Source: an uncultured Nitrospiraceae bacterium
GTDB lineage: Bacteria; Nitrospirota; Thermodesulfovibrionia; Thermodesulfovibrionales; UBA6898
NCBI GenBank assembly: GCA_963811165.1
Contig: CAWEQH010000008.1
Location: forward strand, 1-64,000
Length of the DNA stretch: 64,000 nucleotides
Direction: 5' to 3'
Part shown: in pieces, positions 44,420-54,924 of the stretch
Position numbering within the stretch: position 1 is the first letter of the stretch
Layout of the letters: the number at the start of each line of letters is the position of its first letter
Made by a program: the position numbers and the translations under genes
The notes under the pieces: generated by a model
Seen by the model: the letters and a program-made list of their open reading frames with translations, nothing else
What the model was told of the DNA's origin: nothing
Databases searched by the model: none

Positions 44420-44698
44420 ATGACGAAGAGAACATCAACAATTTGCCGCGTTTTAGTTGCGGCCGGATTGCTTTTGTCCGGCACTGCCTATGCGTATGTC
44501 GACCCTTATACCGGCGGGATGATTACCAGTTCCCTCTCAACCATCCTCGCTGCGGTTTTGGGTTTCCTGAGCGCCGGCCTCGTTCTCTTCAGAGGCTTTC
44601 TTGGCCGCTTGCTCGGCAATAAGTTTGCTCGCTATCTGACCTTCACGGCCCTGGCATGTCTCGCCGTGGCGGGAATATATGTATTCGTCTATTCCTGA
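44420..44698 (+). CDS. Small membrane protein (AYVDP motif)
   Basis: Signal peptide, AYVDPYTG, two TMs. Confidence 0.65.
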   Translation: MTKRTSTICRVLVAAGLLLSGTAYAYVDPYTGGMITSSLSTILAAVLGFLSAGLVLFRGFLGRLLGNKFARYLTFTALACLAVAGIYVFVYS

Positions 44699-44748
44699 TG
44701 TATCGGGTTGCCGGTTGGCGCTGAGGGCGGTTTCCACGGCATAGCGAT

Positions 44749-46599
44749 ATGATCGATAGACGGGATTTCTTGAAGTTTGCGGCCGTTGCTCCCTTGCTCC
44801 TGTCAGCAGGCTGCGGCAGGAATACTACCACACACGGAGTTCGCATGAATAAACGCCTTATTATCCTGGGTATCGACGGCATGGACCCGGACCTGGTCAA
44901 TCTTTTCATGAAAGACGGCTCGCTCCCTCATATCGCCGGCCTTGCCGCCAGGGGCACGATGTCGCGTTTCCCTACGATTGTCCCCCCCCAGAGCCCCTCG
45001 GTCTGGACCACACTGTCAAGCGGGGTATATCCGGAGCGGCATGGCGTCTTTGATTTCATCCAGCGAAAGGCCGGCAGCTATCTTCCGTACCTGAGCATCA
45101 ACAGCATGAATGAAAAAAGCGGCAGGTTCGAAAATCCCAACCGTGCCGTGCCATTTTGGAGAGTCACGTCGAAGGCTGGCATTCCCACTTCCGTTTACCG
45201 GTGGCCCGCGTCATTTCCCTCTGAAGAGATCAACGGGGACATGCTCTCCGGTCTTGGCACGCCGGATGTCAAGGGGTTCCTTGGTGTCTATACTTACTAT
45301 ACCGACGAGGACGTGCCAATCCCTCCCGATTCCAGAAAAAACGTCAGGCGAATCACATTCTCCGGAGATAGGGCGACGACCGTTTTAGAGGGCCCCTTTG
45401 CGGAAAGAAACAAGGCGTTTGAAAAGGAACTTATTATACAGAAGGCCGCCGACGGCGTTTCGATCGGCGTTGATGGGAGCACAGTACGGCTGAAGGTGGA
45501 GGAGTGGTCTCCGCTGCAGACCGTATCGTTTAGGAAAGGGATTCTCGGCGGCCTCACAGGGGTCTGCAAATTTCACCTGATGAGCATTAATCCTTTCCGT
45601 CTTTATGCGACGCCCGTGCAGCTCGATCCCTCGAATCCGATTGTGCCGTTTACGAATCCGAAGGGTCTGGCAGCCTCAATCGCAAAGGCAATAGGTCCGT
45701 TCCAGACGCTGGGCATGCCTGAGGACACATCCGCTCTCAACAAAAAGCATTTAGACATGGATGGCTTCAACGCTCTTTGCGCTTCCATCAACAAAGAACG
45801 CGCGGCAATGTTCAGGGAGGCTTTGGGGCGCTTCCGAGGCGGCGTATTGGCCTTTGTCTTTGACACCTCCGACCGTCTGCAGCACATCCATTTCCGAAAA
45901 GGCGGCCCAAATGCTGAAATCAAACAACACTACATGGAGATGGACCGGCTGATCGGCGAAGTCGTGAAAATGCTTTCTCCCGAGGACAGCCTCATCATCG
46001 TGTCAGACCACGGTATCACGAGCTATGATTACGACTTTCACCTCAATACCTTTTTGGTGCAGAAGGGATTTATGCATCTCACGTCAGAGCCTGGAGAAAC
46101 AAATAAGGGCGAACTTTTCAACCTGGTGGATTGGACGAGGACAAAGGCCTATGCGCTCGGATTTTCCGGAATATATATAAATATGCAGGGAAGAGAACCA
46201 CACGGGATTATCGCGCGCTCTGAGAAGGAAAGAGTCGCGGCCGAACTCAGGGACGCCCTCCTTGGTTTTGCGCCTGGCGGATTTAGAAAGCCCGTAATCG
46301 CTGTTTACCCTACATCAGTCAAAGACGATCCCCTTGCTCCGGACCTCATTATCGGCATGAATGAGGGGTTCAGAGTTTCATCCAACACGGCAATAGGGGG
46401 TGTATCGAAGGATGTGCTCACGCCAAATAACCTCCCGTGGTGTGCAGACCACATCGTTGACAGGTCACTCGTAGACGGTCTTCTTGTTACAAACAGGAAG
46501 CTCACGAGGGCGCCTCTCATGGTCGATCTCGCCCCTACCGTAACCTCATTCTTTGGCGTACCACCGGACCCATCCTGGGAAGGCAAAGCTTTTTTCTGA
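44749..46599 (+). CDS. Alkaline phosphatase superfamily phosphodiesterase, Tat signal
   Basis: RRDFLK, LGIDGMD, PQSPSVW, DRLQH, VSDHG. Confidence 0.85.
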   Translation: MIDRRDFLKFAAVAPLLLSAGCGRNTTTHGVRMNKRLIILGIDGMDPDLVNLFMKDGSLPHIAGLAARGTMSRFPTIVPPQSPSVWTTLSSGVYPERHGVFDFIQRKAGSYLPYLSINSMNEKSGRFENPNRAVPFWRVTSKAGIPTSVYRWPASFPSEEINGDMLSGLGTPDVKGFLGVYTYYTDEDVPIPPDSRKNVRRITFSGDRATTVLEGPFAERNKAFEKELIIQKAADGVSIGVDGSTVRLKVEEWSPLQTVSFRKGILGGLTGVCKFHLMSINPFRLYATPVQLDPSNPIVPFTNPKGLAASIAKAIGPFQTLGMPEDTSALNKKHLDMDGFNALCASINKERAAMFREALGRFRGGVLAFVFDTSDRLQHIHFRKGGPNAEIKQHYMEMDRLIGEVVKMLSPEDSLIIVSDHGITSYDYDFHLNTFLVQKGFMHLTSEPGETNKGELFNLVDWTRTKAYALGFSGIYINMQGREPHGIIARSEKERVAAELRDALLGFAPGGFRKPVIAVYPTSVKDDPLAPDLIIGMNEGFRVSSNTAIGGVSKDVLTPNNLPWCADHIVDRSLVDGLLVTNRKLTRAPLMVDLAPTVTSFFGVPPDPSWEGKAFF

Positions 46600-46652
46600 G
46601 TGCACCTGTAAGTTCGGCCAGTCTGAGGGGCAGGATTGCCTCGGCACAGCTT

Positions 46653-48566
46653 TCATAGCTCCAGCGCTACGGCAGTTGCGTCTCTCAGCGCTGCACCGAG
46701 GTTGCCCGGCTCCTTTGCGTCTCCCACCACGTATACCTCTTCAAGAGCGCCTCTGAGAGTTTCAACCAAGGAGTCGACAGAGACGGCGCCGGTCGAAAAA
46801 ATCACCGAGTCAGCCGCTAATTCTTTCCCGATACCTTCTTTGGTCTCGACAATGACTTTCCCAGGCCCGACCGCGATCACCTTTGTGCTTGTCAGGATTG
46901 CGACGTTCTTGTTCCTGAGTCTTTTGAACAGTTCCTGTTTCGGGATCTCTTTCATCCTATGGAGGGCCTCTTCGAAGGCTTCGACGATAGTGACACTCAT
47001 GCCTTTCTCTGCGAGAAGGTCCGCTGTCTCGCAACCGATGTCCCCGCCGCCGACGATGACCACGTTCTTTCCCAGATCGATGGCGTCCTCGTAGACTGCC
47101 CTGACGTCGTACACCGAGGGTAGGTCTATGCCGGGGACATTCGGAAGAGATGGCCTGGACCCCAGAGCGACGATTACTGCATCGGGATTGTGAGAAAGGA
47201 TCTCCTTATTTGTCGGAGCCTTGTGCAAAATAACCTTCGCGTTCGTCTTGCCAAGCATATATTTCATGTGCTGCAAGGCCGCTTCCATCTCCTCCTTGCA
47301 GGGAGCGACAGAGGAAATTTTCAGTTGCCCTCCAAGGGTATCTTCCTTTTCGTAGAGGATCACCTCATGCCCCCGTTTACTCGCCAGGAGCGCAGCCTGC
47401 ATGCCTGCAGGGCCTCCGCCTACAACAACGACTCTCTTCTTCCTTTGAGCGCTCGTTGGCTTCAATCGGTATTCTTGCCCTGAGAAAGGGTTCACGGTAC
47501 AGGTTCTGCCGATGCCTTTGACCCCTTTATCGGCACAATCTTCCAAGTCGTAGAGGCATCTGCGTATCTCTTCGGTCATTCCTGCCCGGGCCTTAATGGG
47601 GAAATGGGGGTCGGCGAGGAGCGGCCGGGCCATGGCAACAAAATCGGCGTCTCCGTCCCTGAGCACCTTTTCCGCCAGCTCCGGGGTGTTGATCTTTCCG
47701 ACCGCGATGACCGGTATGGCGACCGCATTTTTAATTCCTCCGGCAAGGTGAATCAAAACGCCGGGTGGAAGATAGTGGGAGGGGATCGTCATGCCCTTAG
47801 TCGCCTTATTGCCTCCCGATGCAAGGATGGCATCGGCGCCCGCCTGCTCAGCGAGTCGGGCGATTTCTGTCGTGTCATTCAGCCTTAGCCCTCCTTCGAT
47901 AAATTCGTCGCATGCGAGCTTCACCATCACCGGATAGTCCTTGCCCGCTTTCTCTTTGACCGCTTCGATGAGCCCTATGAGAAAACGCGTGCGGTTTTCG
48001 AGACTGCCGCCGAATTCGTCCGTCCTTTTGTTTGAAAGGGGAGAAAGGAGCTGCGAGATAAGATCACCGTAGCTCGCCTGGACCTCGATCCCATCGTACC
48101 CCAGTTCACGTGCCCTCTTTGCCCCGTTTGCCATGATCCCGATGATTCCGCCTGCCTCCGCCGTAGTCATGATCCCCACGAGAGGCGCGACCCACGTGTT
48201 GCCCTTCTGTTTCGACCCGGGGACCTCGCGATCAAAGATACGCTCTTTCGGATAATTGAGCTGCATGAACGCCTTTGCGCCCTCAGTGTGGATCGCGGCA
48301 AGGAGATTCTTGACAGCATCCGCATACTCCGGCGCGTCGAAGCGAAGCTCGTTCGGCCCTTTATATGCGTTTGGGTAGTCGAGGCAGGGACAATCCAGGA
48401 CGATCATGGCAACGCCCCCGCGCGCCCTCTCGCGGTAGAACTCGATCATCCTTTCGTTCACCTTACTGTCGGTGGCATACTTTGTGGGATAGAGAGACAT
48501 GATGAGACGGTTTCTAAGGGCGGCGCTGCCGATTCTTCCTTCGTGAAAGATATGAGGGAAATGCAT
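46653..48566 (-). CDS. NADH:flavin oxidoreductase (OYE) with FAD domain
   Basis: NKRTDEFGGSLENR, VGGGPAG, VGGGDIG. Confidence 0.9.
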   Translation of the reverse strand: MHFPHIFHEGRIGSAALRNRLIMSLYPTKYATDSKVNERMIEFYRERARGGVAMIVLDCPCLDYPNAYKGPNELRFDAPEYADAVKNLLAAIHTEGAKAFMQLNYPKERIFDREVPGSKQKGNTWVAPLVGIMTTAEAGGIIGIMANGAKRARELGYDGIEVQASYGDLISQLLSPLSNKRTDEFGGSLENRTRFLIGLIEAVKEKAGKDYPVMVKLACDEFIEGGLRLNDTTEIARLAEQAGADAILASGGNKATKGMTIPSHYLPPGVLIHLAGGIKNAVAIPVIAVGKINTPELAEKVLRDGDADFVAMARPLLADPHFPIKARAGMTEEIRRCLYDLEDCADKGVKGIGRTCTVNPFSGQEYRLKPTSAQRKKRVVVVGGGPAGMQAALLASKRGHEVILYEKEDTLGGQLKISSVAPCKEEMEAALQHMKYMLGKTNAKVILHKAPTNKEILSHNPDAVIVALGSRPSLPNVPGIDLPSVYDVRAVYEDAIDLGKNVVIVGGGDIGCETADLLAEKGMSVTIVEAFEEALHRMKEIPKQELFKRLRNKNVAILTSTKVIAVGPGKVIVETKEGIGKELAADSVIFSTGAVSVDSLVETLRGALEEVYVVGDAKEPGNLGAALRDATAVALEL

Positions 48567-48760
48567 CGTATTCTCCCATTCGTGATCGGACAGGGGATAC
48601 CTATCCGGCGTTTATTCCAGATACGTTTTAATGATAGCAGATATTGAGAATTCGGGAAACAATGCGGGCAGGTCTCTTGAGAGACGTCCCTCTCACTACG
48701 TATTAGGGGGAAGTAAGTGAAAAACCTCTTCCTTTTGGAACGGGCCTCAACGGCCGCGCA

Positions 48761-49984
48761 TCAAAAGAGCGTCGGCTCTTTTTCGGTGTCTTTTTTTTCT
48801 TTCCCTGACTTCTCCGCCGTCCGGTAGCAGTAGGCCTCCTCGATGAGCTCGATGAGATGAAGCAACGGCCTGTCGGTGACGACCCTGCCAAGCTGCAGGA
48901 CGCATCCCGGGCATGAGGTGATCACCATGTCGGCATTGGATTCCACTATCCGGTCCGCCTTTTTCTTAAGCAAGGACGAGGACGTTTCTTTGAAGGAAAG
49001 ACAATAGAGGCCCCCAAAGCCGCAGCAGCCGGGCTCTTGAGAGCCGGCCAGGTCGAGACCTGCTTTTTTTATTATCTCCCGCGGCTCTTTTTTTACCCCC
49101 AGCCCGTAATACAGATGGCATGGGTCATGGTAGTAGGAGGTCTTATAGATCTTGTCCAAGGGTTTGAGTTTGTCCTCGAAAAAGGTGGATATGTCCATCG
49201 CCCTTTCGAGCCCCTTGCCTATGGTCTTGGGGTATTCGGTCCGCAGATGCATCGTGCAGGTCGGGCATGGACTGAGTATCGCATCTACCTTAAGTCTGCT
49301 TAGCACATGATAGTTTTTTTTCGCCAGTTCCTCCGCCTCCTGTTCGAGCCCGAGCGCCCTCAGCGGCGCTCCGCAGCAGGTCTCACCTTTTGGGAGGACG
49401 ACTTCGTATCCGAATTTCTGAAGCACGTTGATCAAAGAGTCGCCGAAGTGAGGGAACAAATAATTTGTGGAGCAGCCTGCGAAGATGGCGACCCTTCCCT
49501 TTTTCTTATGTGCCTTAAAGACCTGTTCACTCTTCCTAAACGGCGCGTCAGGGAGTTCAGGGCTGAAGGGGAGTATTCCCCTTCTCACCAGGAAGGGCAA
49601 GATGAGCCGTTTCGCAAGCCGGAGCGTTTTAAAGGCCTGATCGGGCCACTTCGCCGATACTCTGGCCACGGACCTAAGAAGCCTCCGCTTCTTGTCGCTT
49701 GCGCTAAGGAAGGCCCTGCCGCGATATATGGCCGCGGGTATGTCGACCCCCAGGGGGCATGTCCCTTCGCAGGCCCCGCAGAGGATGCAGCTGAAAATCC
49801 GCTCATTTAGCAGCGGGGAAGGCTCGATAGTTCCCTCGAGGAGACCCCGCAAAAGAATGAGCCGTCCCCTTGTACCCATAGGCTCAAAGGGATCATTGTC
49901 AAACGTCGGACATAGGGCCTTGCAGCTGCCGCAACGGACGCATTTTGAGAGCTCTTCCTGGTATGTCGATAATTCAGTGCGCAT
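48761..49984 (-). CDS. GlcF-like Fe-S/CCG-domain protein
   Basis: Two CxxCxxC..CP motifs and two CCG domains. Confidence 0.85.
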   Translation of the reverse strand: MRTELSTYQEELSKCVRCGSCKALCPTFDNDPFEPMGTRGRLILLRGLLEGTIEPSPLLNERIFSCILCGACEGTCPLGVDIPAAIYRGRAFLSASDKKRRLLRSVARVSAKWPDQAFKTLRLAKRLILPFLVRRGILPFSPELPDAPFRKSEQVFKAHKKKGRVAIFAGCSTNYLFPHFGDSLINVLQKFGYEVVLPKGETCCGAPLRALGLEQEAEELAKKNYHVLSRLKVDAILSPCPTCTMHLRTEYPKTIGKGLERAMDISTFFEDKLKPLDKIYKTSYYHDPCHLYYGLGVKKEPREIIKKAGLDLAGSQEPGCCGFGGLYCLSFKETSSSLLKKKADRIVESNADMVITSCPGCVLQLGRVVTDRPLLHLIELIEEAYCYRTAEKSGKEKKDTEKEPTLF

Positions 49985-50010
49985 AGAAAAATAAGAAGGC
50001 AAGGACAGCC

Positions 50011-50853
50011 TTAGTCGCGGATCTTGTTCTCATTGCTGTTTTTAAGCACCCTGTTCATATTCCCGCTTCTATACCCTTGCAGGTCCATCGAGACGAATGT
50101 ATATCCGAAGGAGCGCAATCTATCCGTGATGAGACGCCTGTTGGCCGGATCCATAAGCAAAGACATATCTTCTTCCTTCACCTCGATCCGCGCAGAGTCC
50201 CCATAATCTCTTACCCTCGCCTCGCGAACTCCGAGAGAAATGATAAATTCCTCGGCCCGCTCCACCCGGGCCAGGGCCTCGGCGGTTATTCTCCGGCCGT
50301 ATGGGACCCGCGAAGAAAGGCATGGCGAAGAAGGACGGTCCCAGGTCTTAAGCCCGAGTTTTTTTGACAATGCCCTGATCTGCTCTTTCGACAGGCCCTG
50401 TTCGGCAAGGGGGCTACGCACTCCGTGGACAGAGGCGGCCCTTCTTCCGGGCCTGTAGTCTGCAAGGTCGTCCGAGTTGGACCCGTCGAAGACATAGTCA
50501 AAGCCGTCTTGCTCTGCAATACCCTTTAATTTCCCGAAAAGCTCATCTTTGCAGAAAAAACAACGTTCGGGCGTATTACTGACATAAGACTCGTTGGAAA
50601 GTTCGCTCGTCTGTATGAAGCGGTGGTCCGCGCCGAGCTCCCTGACAAACGATGCGCAGATATCCATGTCTTTTCGCGGCATCGTCTCTGAGATCGCAGT
50701 GACCGCCAACGTCCTCATATCTGTTTTCTTCATCGCCGCAAGCAAAAATGAGCTGTCGACGCCGCCTGAAAAGGCGAGCACCGCACTTCCCAATCTTTGT
50801 AACTCGGCAAGAAGCTCCCGGAACTTACCGTCCAAGATAGGTGATTTCCCCAT
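50011..50853 (-). CDS. larE: ATP-dependent sacrificial sulfur transferase LarE
   Basis: AFSGGVDS, RCFFCK, DYRPG, PCLSSR. Confidence 0.85.
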   Translation of the reverse strand: MGKSPILDGKFRELLAELQRLGSAVLAFSGGVDSSFLLAAMKKTDMRTLAVTAISETMPRKDMDICASFVRELGADHRFIQTSELSNESYVSNTPERCFFCKDELFGKLKGIAEQDGFDYVFDGSNSDDLADYRPGRRAASVHGVRSPLAEQGLSKEQIRALSKKLGLKTWDRPSSPCLSSRVPYGRRITAEALARVERAEEFIISLGVREARVRDYGDSARIEVKEEDMSLLMDPANRRLITDRLRSFGYTFVSMDLQGYRSGNMNRVLKNSNENKIRD

Positions 50854-50856
50854 CGC

Positions 50857-52361
50857 TCACAGTGCGCCTACGTCGTAGTTTTCCTGGTGCATCTTGTTGT
50901 CGGCCCGGATGATCACCTTCACGCCATATTTGCTTTCGACATCTTCTATGCCGAGCATCTCCTCATCGGAGAGCATCTCGGCGACGATCGGGTGTGCGGT
51001 GATGATGATCTTTTGGCTGCCGTGCCTTGCAAGCTTTTTTATGGTCCTCAGGATTTCATAGCAGAGGGTGTCGGGGGATTTCACGAACCCTTTGCCTTCG
51101 CAGTAGGGGCAGGTGGTGCTCAGGGTCCTGCCCAGACTCTCCCTCACCCTTTTTCTCGTCATCTGGATGAGCCCGAGCTCTGATATATGGAAGATGGTGT
51201 TTTTTGCCCTGTCCTTTTTCATGGCCTCGGTGAAGGCGTTAAAGAGCTTGTCCCTGTTTTCGGCCTTGTCCATGTCGATGAAATCGATAATAATAATGCC
51301 GCCCAGGTTCCGAAGCCTTATCTGGTAAGAGATCTCCTTGACCGCCTCGAGGTTTGTCTTGAGGATTGTGTCTTCTAGTCCTTCCTTGCCGACGAATTTG
51401 CCGGTATTTACGTCGATGACGGTCATCGCCTCTGTCTGGTCGACGACGATATACCCGCCGGATTTGAGCCAGACCCTTCTGCCGATCGCCCTTGAAATGT
51501 CGAGCTCAATACCAAATGCGTCGAAAATCGGCTCGGTCTCTTCGTATAACTCGATCTTTGTCCAGGAGCTTGGGGAAATACGTCTTCACAAATTCGATGA
51601 TCCTGTTGTATTCTTCGGTTGAATCGATAATAAGCCGCTCGACATCCTGGCTCATGAGGTCGCGGACAGACCGAAATACAAGATCGAGGTCGCTGTAGAG
51701 AAGGCCTCTGGCAGGGACCCTGTCTTTTTTCTCAGCGAGATTTTCCCAAAGAAGAAGCAGAAAATGGAGGTCTTTTTCGATGTCCTCTTCTGTGGAAGCT
51801 TCGCTCGCCGTCCTGATGATAAGGCCGTACCCCGCGGGCTTTATCCTCTCGACGATCGCCTTGAGCCTGTTTCTCTCTTCCTCATCGGATATCCTCCGTG
51901 AGATGCCGATATGCTCGACATTGGGCATAAGGACAAGATATCTGCCCGGCAGGGTTATGTATGAGGTGACGCGGGCGCCTTTGGCCCTATCGGGTCCTTT
52001 GACACCTGTACCAGAAACTCCTGCCCCTCCTGGATGATCTCTTCAATCGTCATCTCGGACCGGCATTTCCGCGATATTACCTCGAGGAATTTTCTTTTTC
52101 TTCCTCTTCAAAAAGGGGAGCGTATTCATCCGTGTCGGCCTTAATGTCGGCCACATAGAGGAAGGCCGCTTTTTCGAGGCCGATGTCTACAAAGGCGGAC
52201 TGCATGCCCGGAAGTATCTTTACGACCTTCCCTTTGAAAATGTTCCCTACGAGGCTCGCGTCTCGTTTGCGCTCGACATAGAATTCGACGACCTGTCCGC
52301 CTTCAAGCAAGGCCACACGTGTTTCCCCTCTTGTGACATTTATCAGGATCTCGCTGCCCAT
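50857..52361 (-). CDS. rng: Ribonuclease G/E (several indels)
   Basis: GNIFKGKV..ILPGMQSAFVDIG, IDVNTG, LRNLGGIIIIDFIDM. Confidence 0.9.
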
Positions 52362-54844
52362 ACCCTCTCGTCCTCTATCGGTTCTGCCCAGCTTCCGTTC
52401 CACCCGAAGACCGACAAACGGGTGATATCGAGTTGCTCCGCGGGAACTCCAAATAGGGCAGGCATCAATTCACCGAGCCTCACCTTCAGGTTCCCCTGGT
52501 CCCGAAGCGTCAGTCGAAAAGTCTTCTCGTCGAGCCTCACTGCTTCTTCCACCATCTTCCTTATATCAATGAGTTCTTCTTTTCTTTCTACAAGTACTTC
52601 TTCCCTGCCGAAAAATCCGGAGCCGTCAAGCTTCTGATCGGACCGTATTTCATATGTATATCTTACAACAAAACTGTTAAGTGACTTTTCCCTCCTGTCA
52701 AGCAAGACCGCCTTATTGGCCCTTATGCCCGCAGGAAGGACCCTATTGAGTGTCTCTAAAAAAAACTCCTTCTTAAAAGGCGGCGCGATTTCCACGTCCA
52801 GGTATTCTTTGATGCCCGCGACGCCTACGCCCAATGCCGGGCCGAGGGAGACCTTCGGAGAAGGGTGGAATCCGGACGAATACTTAAGCGGGAAACCGGC
52901 CCTCCGCAAGGCCCGCATAATAGCGGTCATCAGTTCGAGATGGGAGAGATATCTTGCATTGCCGGTCTTTGAATACTCGGCCCTGATCCTCACTGACTCA
53001 TCATTACGCGAAGAGATGAAGTTTTTGAAAGGACGCACGGGCACGGTTTCCATTACCCCTTCAGAGGCCGCCCTCCCGATGCCGTTTTCCGACCCCGCAT
53101 CCGCCTCTTTGTCATGCTCGCATTTCAGACCGCAGCCATGACAGCTTTTTCTGCAGTCAGGGGTAAAATTCCCTGAAAGGGCGTTCTGATATTCCCTGAT
53201 AAGATATTCCTTTGTGACCCCAGTCAGAATGTTTTCCCAGGGGAGGGGAGATTCCAGGGAGAATGTCTTTTCTGCGGAGGCGTGGGCGTCTATCCCGGAA
53301 ATATCCATCGCCTTTTGCCATTTTTCGAAATCGAAGACATCTGTCCAGGCATCGAGCCTGCACCCTTGCTTCCATGCGGCCTCAATCAGGGCCGAAACAC
53401 TTTCGTCCCCCCTCGCAAAGACCGCTTCCAGTAAGGACATCTCTTCGTTATGTCCCTTGTATTTTACGCCCTTTTTTAATAGCGCCTTTTTGAGGTAAGC
53501 GTTTTTTTCTCTAAGGACCTCAAGCGGGTTTTGCCCGAACCACTGAAAGGGCGTATGCGGCTTAGGGATAAAAGAAGAGACCCCTACACTGATATTTACG
53601 TGCCTGCCGGTAAGCCTCTTTGATATCTTTATCGCCTGATGGACCATCTCGGGGATTGCGGTAATGTCCTCTTCGGTTTCTGTCGGCAGCCCGGACATGA
53701 AATAAAGCTTGAGGTTATGCCAGCCCTCCTTAAAAAGGGTCTCAAGGGCCTTAAGGTAAATCTCTTCCGAGAAGTCCTTGTTTATCACCGACCTGAGCCT
53801 GTCGGTGCCTGCTTCCGGCGCTATGGTGAACCCTGTTTTTCTCACGGCCCTGATTTCCCGCAGGATACCGCTGTTTACCGAGGCGACCCGCAGGGAGGGC
53901 AAAGAGATGGAGATCCTGTTACCGCCGAACTTTCTGTTGAATTCTCTCATCAGTGACTGAAGGCAGGAGTAATCTCCGGAACTGAGGGAGGTAAAGGAGA
54001 CATCCTCATATCCCGTATTTTTCAATGATTTTTCGGCAAGTTCGAGCACCTTCTGAGGTGACCTTTCACGGACCGGCCTGTAGGCCATCCCTGCCTGACA
54101 GAACCTGCAGCCCATGGAACAGCCCCTGGCGATCTCGATGTTGACCCTGTCATGAACAATGTTCGTATAAGGGAGCACCGGGCTTTCAGGAAACGGGGCG
54201 TCTTCTAGAGAAGTGATGATCCTGCGTGTGACCTTCCTGTCCTTCCCCAAAGATGGGACGAAGACACCTTCTATTTCTGCAAGGGCCTTAAGGAGACCCT
54301 CTTTCCCCTCTCTCCCCGCTTCTTTCCATCCGAGGTGAGTGCCCAGGATCTCCTTTATCGCCTCCTCGGCGTCTCCTATAAAGAAGGCGTCTATGAAGGG
54401 GGACATCGGGAAAGGGTTAAGGGTGCAGGGGCCCCCCGCAATAACAAGAGGTCCTCCTTTTTTACTAAGGCGCTCCTCTGTCCTGACCGGAATGCCGCCC
54501 AGGCTGAGCATGTTTAAGACAGTGGGGTACGCAAGCTCATACTGAAGACTGAAACCGACAATATCGAAATCCTTTAAGGGAAGCCCCGACTCAAGTGATG
54601 AGAGAAGCACCCCCTTCCTTCTCATCGCATCTTCCACGTCGGTCCATGGAGCAAAAACCCTTTCCGCCGAAGCATAAGGGAGTTTATTGATAATGTCATA
54701 GAGGATCTTTAGGCCCAGGTGCGACATCCCTATCTCGTAGATGTCGGGGAAGGCGAGTGCCACCTTCAGGGGGGCCTTCTTATGGATAGAATTCAGCTCG
54801 CTGTTAATATATCTGCTGGGTTTTTGAAAAGATAAAAGATTCAC
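52343..54844 (-). CDS. B12-binding radical SAM protein with DUF2344 domain (TIGR03960-like)
   Basis: FPDIYEIGMSHLG, RGCSMGCRFC, RYLSHLE. Confidence 0.85.
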   Translation of the reverse strand: MNLLSFQKPSRYINSELNSIHKKAPLKVALAFPDIYEIGMSHLGLKILYDIINKLPYASAERVFAPWTDVEDAMRRKGVLLSSLESGLPLKDFDIVGFSLQYELAYPTVLNMLSLGGIPVRTEERLSKKGGPLVIAGGPCTLNPFPMSPFIDAFFIGDAEEAIKEILGTHLGWKEAGREGKEGLLKALAEIEGVFVPSLGKDRKVTRRIITSLEDAPFPESPVLPYTNIVHDRVNIEIARGCSMGCRFCQAGMAYRPVRERSPQKVLELAEKSLKNTGYEDVSFTSLSSGDYSCLQSLMREFNRKFGGNRISISLPSLRVASVNSGILREIRAVRKTGFTIAPEAGTDRLRSVINKDFSEEIYLKALETLFKEGWHNLKLYFMSGLPTETEEDITAIPEMVHQAIKISKRLTGRHVNISVGVSSFIPKPHTPFQWFGQNPLEVLREKNAYLKKALLKKGVKYKGHNEEMSLLEAVFARGDESVSALIEAAWKQGCRLDAWTDVFDFEKWQKAMDISGIDAHASAEKTFSLESPLPWENILTGVTKEYLIREYQNALSGNFTPDCRKSCHGCGLKCEHDKEADAGSENGIGRAASEGVMETVPVRPFKNFISSRNDESVRIRAEYSKTGNARYLSHLELMTAIMRALRRAGFPLKYSSGFHPSPKVSLGPALGVGVAGIKEYLDVEIAPPFKKEFFLETLNRVLPAGIRANKAVLLDRREKSLNSFVVRYTYEIRSDQKLDGSGFFGREEVLVERKEELIDIRKMVEEAVRLDEKTFRLTLRDQGNLKVRLGELMPALFGVPAEQLDITRLSVFGWNGSWAEPIEDERVWAARS

Positions 54845-54924
54845 CGTTTAAGATACCACCCGCTGAGCCGCTTTGGCAAGCCGTCCGCTTGACTTACGGC
54901 CGCGGCAAGCGTTTAAATAAGAGA

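Noticed and set aside
29480..52361. Frameshifts in AKR, DUF6599, polyferredoxin, sulfatase and rng as programmed frameshifting or pseudogenes
   Set aside because: Scattered single-base indels in conserved genes with no consistent slippery sites; consensus error is more likely, though reads are needed to confirm.
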